From: Flexilinea sp.
Lineage (GTDB): Bacteria > Spirochaetota > Spirochaetia > Sphaerochaetales > Sphaerochaetaceae
Assembly: GCA_963638635.1 (NCBI GenBank)
Contig: CAVHSB010000001.1
Coordinates: forward strand, 7,126 to 35,797
DNA length: 28,672 bases
Direction: 5' to 3'
Position numbers and translations under genes: made by a program. The notes beneath the pieces are model-generated. The model was not told where the DNA came from, made no database searches, and saw only the letters and a program-made list of their open reading frames with translations. Shown here piece after piece: positions 26,560 through 28,672 of the stretch (position 1 is its first letter; every line of letters starts with the position of its first letter).

Positions 26560-26588
26560 AAAGTATCGAAAGAGATAAGAGAGGTCAA
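26560..26588 (-). promoter_or_regulatory. Internal promoter of nifS-nifU-XRE
   Basis: TTGACC(26588-26583)-N17-TACTTT(26565-26560). Confidence 0.55.
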
Positions 26589-26613
26589 GCATTCTTTGCG
26601 AATACTCTATATG

Positions 26614-26922
26614 CTAGTCTAGATTTTCAAGGGAAGATAGTATAAAAGGCCTATCCTTGGCTATTCTCAGATGATGCTCCTTCATGTATTCAATATATGC
26701 ACAGGTTGGAGGAAGCGAGTGCGTTGTTGAAGCAAATAGCGGAGATACCTTTCTGCAGCGCCTGTTTACTTTGAAGCGTTCGCTGTAAACAGTGCATAGG
26801 TGCGTATCCTCATCAAAGTACTCACATGGTCGTGTTGGATCAATCAATAGAAAATCCTCTGTTACGACCTTCTCATGGCAGCATAGCCCGCAATTGGAGC
26901 ATATAGCCTCCCAATCAGCCAT
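26614..26922 (-). CDS. YkgJ/YcgN-like CxxCxxCC cysteine-cluster protein
   Basis: WEAICSNCGLCC.EK, PC.Y, C.VY..RF, C and LP.TCAY. ATG at 26922 follows SD GGAGAG and overlaps the surE stop. Confidence 0.85.
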   Translation of the reverse strand: MADWEAICSNCGLCCHEKVVTEDFLLIDPTRPCEYFDEDTHLCTVYSERFKVNRRCRKVSPLFASTTHSLPPTCAYIEYMKEHHLRIAKDRPFILSSLENLD

Positions 26923-27655
26923 TGAAGCTCTCCATATTTGGGTATGATATATGCTGATGCACATCTATGAATGATAAAGAGGCCTTACCAGATCTTGTAA
27001 CCTCAAAATCTGCTCTGTGCTTTCTTTCAAAGATTCTGAAGGATGCCTTAATGCCTGTGAACTCCAGAGAAATATCTCCATTGGCTTCTCTTTTGAGAGC
27101 AACCTCATCTCTATAGTCAATAGCACCTAAGTCAGCAAGCTCATAGCCATCAAATGAGGATGGAGTATTTATATTGAGGAAGGTCTCACCACTTATCTTT
27201 GAGGCAAATAGCTCAAGATTATCTCTTAGAAACTCTGCTGTAGCCTTGAAGTTGTAATTAGCTTCATCCTTCCTTTTATCGGTGCTTATCGCAATGGCCT
27301 TCATTCCATACATAGCAGCTTGTCTTGCAGCACCACAGGTGCCTGAGTATATGATATCTGTACTAACGTTGTATCCATGATTGATGCCAGATACAACCAA
27401 ATCTATATTTTCAATAAGACCACTTCTGAATGGGAATATTATGCAATCTGCAGGAGAGCCTGTAAGACTATATCTGTTCCTTCTGTATTCTCTTACAGTC
27501 ACACTCCCCCTCACTGTCATAGAGTGAGATTTGCCGCTTTGCTCGCTCATTGGAGCTACGACATAGATATTATGTCCCGCAGCTGTAAGAACATCATCAA
27601 GAGTATTTATGCCCTCTGCCTTATAACCATCATCATTTACCAGTAGAATATTCAT
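26915..27655 (-). CDS. surE: 5'/3'-nucleotidase SurE
   Basis: NILLVNDDG, VAP..EQSG.SH, GSPADC, SGINHG.N and YSGT.GAA. Confidence 0.95.
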   Translation of the reverse strand: MNILLVNDDGYKAEGINTLDDVLTAAGHNIYVVAPMSEQSGKSHSMTVRGSVTVREYRRNRYSLTGSPADCIIFPFRSGLIENIDLVVSGINHGYNVSTDIIYSGTCGAARQAAMYGMKAIAISTDKRKDEANYNFKATAEFLRDNLELFASKISGETFLNINTPSSFDGYELADLGAIDYRDEVALKREANGDISLEFTGIKASFRIFERKHRADFEVTRSGKASLSFIDVHQHISYPNMESFNG

Positions 27656-28672
27656 TGAGTACCTTTACCGAGCCATATGGGATGAAGGATCTAAGCGATG
27701 CATGGAAGCCGAAAATCCTATCATACTCCTCTAGGCGCTCAGTATAAGACACCTCTGAATTTGATTCAATCAGCGTAAGCATTGTACCTGGTCTTCCAAG
27801 TGATATCTGGGCAATACCTAAGACATCAGAGGATTCGAATGCACGTTTTACAAGCCAATCAGTCTCAGGGCTAGTTAGCTCTGCTTTGTTCTGCAGATTC
27901 CTCTGCTGAGTAGATAGAAGCTTACCAAAGCCCGCATAGTCCTTAGCCTTCAAAAGCTCATAGCCCTTCTTTGCTAAATTGCTCTCTTCTAATACATACT
28001 CAATAGAGTGTCTATCTACCTCAGGTAGTCTGTTGCAATATAGTCTCAATTCCTTCTCTGATAGGCTCTTTATATCCTCTCCAGGGAAGGCGGCTGCCAA
28101 AGACTGGAATATCGGGACGATATCTACACTGAATTCATCTAATAGAGGCTTTAAAACTGAATATGGTATTGCTGGATCTAGAATATATGCAGATAGAAGC
28201 TCTAAGGACAGAGAAAGAAGCTCATGGGATTTATGACTCAAATCAAAGAACATTACATTGCCTTCTTTGCTCTCAAAGATTGCTATCAGATCCCTCTCCT
28301 GTGCCTTGAAGGCTGGGGAGAACAAGGAAGCTCTCTTACAAAGAGCTATAAGCTCCTTGTCTGATAATGAGAGCAAGAAGAGATCATTCAGCATCTTAGC
28401 AACACCTGAGAAGATCATTGCATTATATTCCTTACCCTCTGTAGGAGCTCCTGCTATTAGGATATCGAGGCCTGTTAGCTTAACGCCTGTTGCCTGAAAT
28501 GCGCTCATAATAGCCTTAACAGCATTAGCCCACTTATCTTCCTTTCTATACTTTATGTTATTGACAATGAATTTCTTTTTATCCTGCTTGATGGTATTGA
28601 TGACCTTTACAGAATTATCAGTTCGCATTGAACATGAAATCGATATACCATCAGGTATTGTGCACATCAAGG
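27633..28672 (-). CDS. Galactokinase-like GHMP-fold protein, divergent (5' end outside the window)
   Basis: KWANAVK, TGLDILI, YVLEE, FGKLL and SPETDWLV follow the GalK layout, but the glycine-rich motifs are degenerate. Confidence 0.6.
   Translation of the reverse strand, partial: LMCTIPDGISISCSMRTDNSVKVINTIKQDKKKFIVNNIKYRKEDKWANAVKAIMSAFQATGVKLTGLDILIAGAPTEGKEYNAMIFSGVAKMLNDLFLLSLSDKELIALCKRASLFSPAFKAQERDLIAIFESKEGNVMFFDLSHKSHELLSLSLELLSAYILDPAIPYSVLKPLLDEFSVDIVPIFQSLAAAFPGEDIKSLSEKELRLYCNRLPEVDRHSIEYVLEESNLAKKGYELLKAKDYAGFGKLLSTQQRNLQNKAELTSPETDWLVKRAFESSDVLGIAQISLGRPGTMLTLIESNSEVSYTERLEEYDRIFGFHASLRSFIPYGSVKVLNEYSTGK

Noticed and set aside
13813..26964. Longer ORF-track starts (13813, 20686, 22709, 22769, 25369, 26592, 26964; also 6613)
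   Set aside because: The extensions run through promoter boxes or upstream genes; downstream ATGs fit the family N-termini and the SD or -10 positions better.
2178..28497. Numerous 60-160 aa ORFs nested in or antisense to long genes (e.g. 11109-11597, 7219-7554, 18895-19218, 20290-20634)
   Set aside because: Shadow frames of well-supported genes, with Ser/Ile/Leu-rich composition and no recognisable motifs.

Overview
A densely packed bacterial chromosomal segment, most likely from a non-motile gut spirochaete (Sphaerochaetaceae-like). This is inferred from the class I LysRS, the GRPSAGKS-type Era, an Omp85 barrel and anaerobic redox genes. Housekeeping content: the start of an HndA/NuoE-like hydrogenase subunit divergent from rex, ogg, an EEP lipoprotein, an amylosucrase-like GH13, clpP, era, a heterodimeric ABC exporter, lysK, tRNA-Ile2(CAU), MarR, YihY, YfcE, a uridine kinase-like gene, nifS-nifU and surE. 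No integrase, transposase, phage gene or CRISPR array was seen. Most notable: (1) a stand-alone AAA+/DUF4143 ATPase-nuclease gene with three tandem 23-bp repeats over its own promoter, insulated by the clpP terminator; (2) at least five apparently leaderless mRNAs plus a nearly leaderless tRNA; (3) several intact ORFs that appear to have lost catalytic or cofactor motifs (AOR-like, GalK-like, RlpA-like, ISF-like, Gfo/Idh/MocA); (4) a POTRA-less Omp85 barrel; (5) an orphan XRE/HigA-like regulator closing the nifSU operon. All family calls come from motifs recognised by eye; no searches were run.
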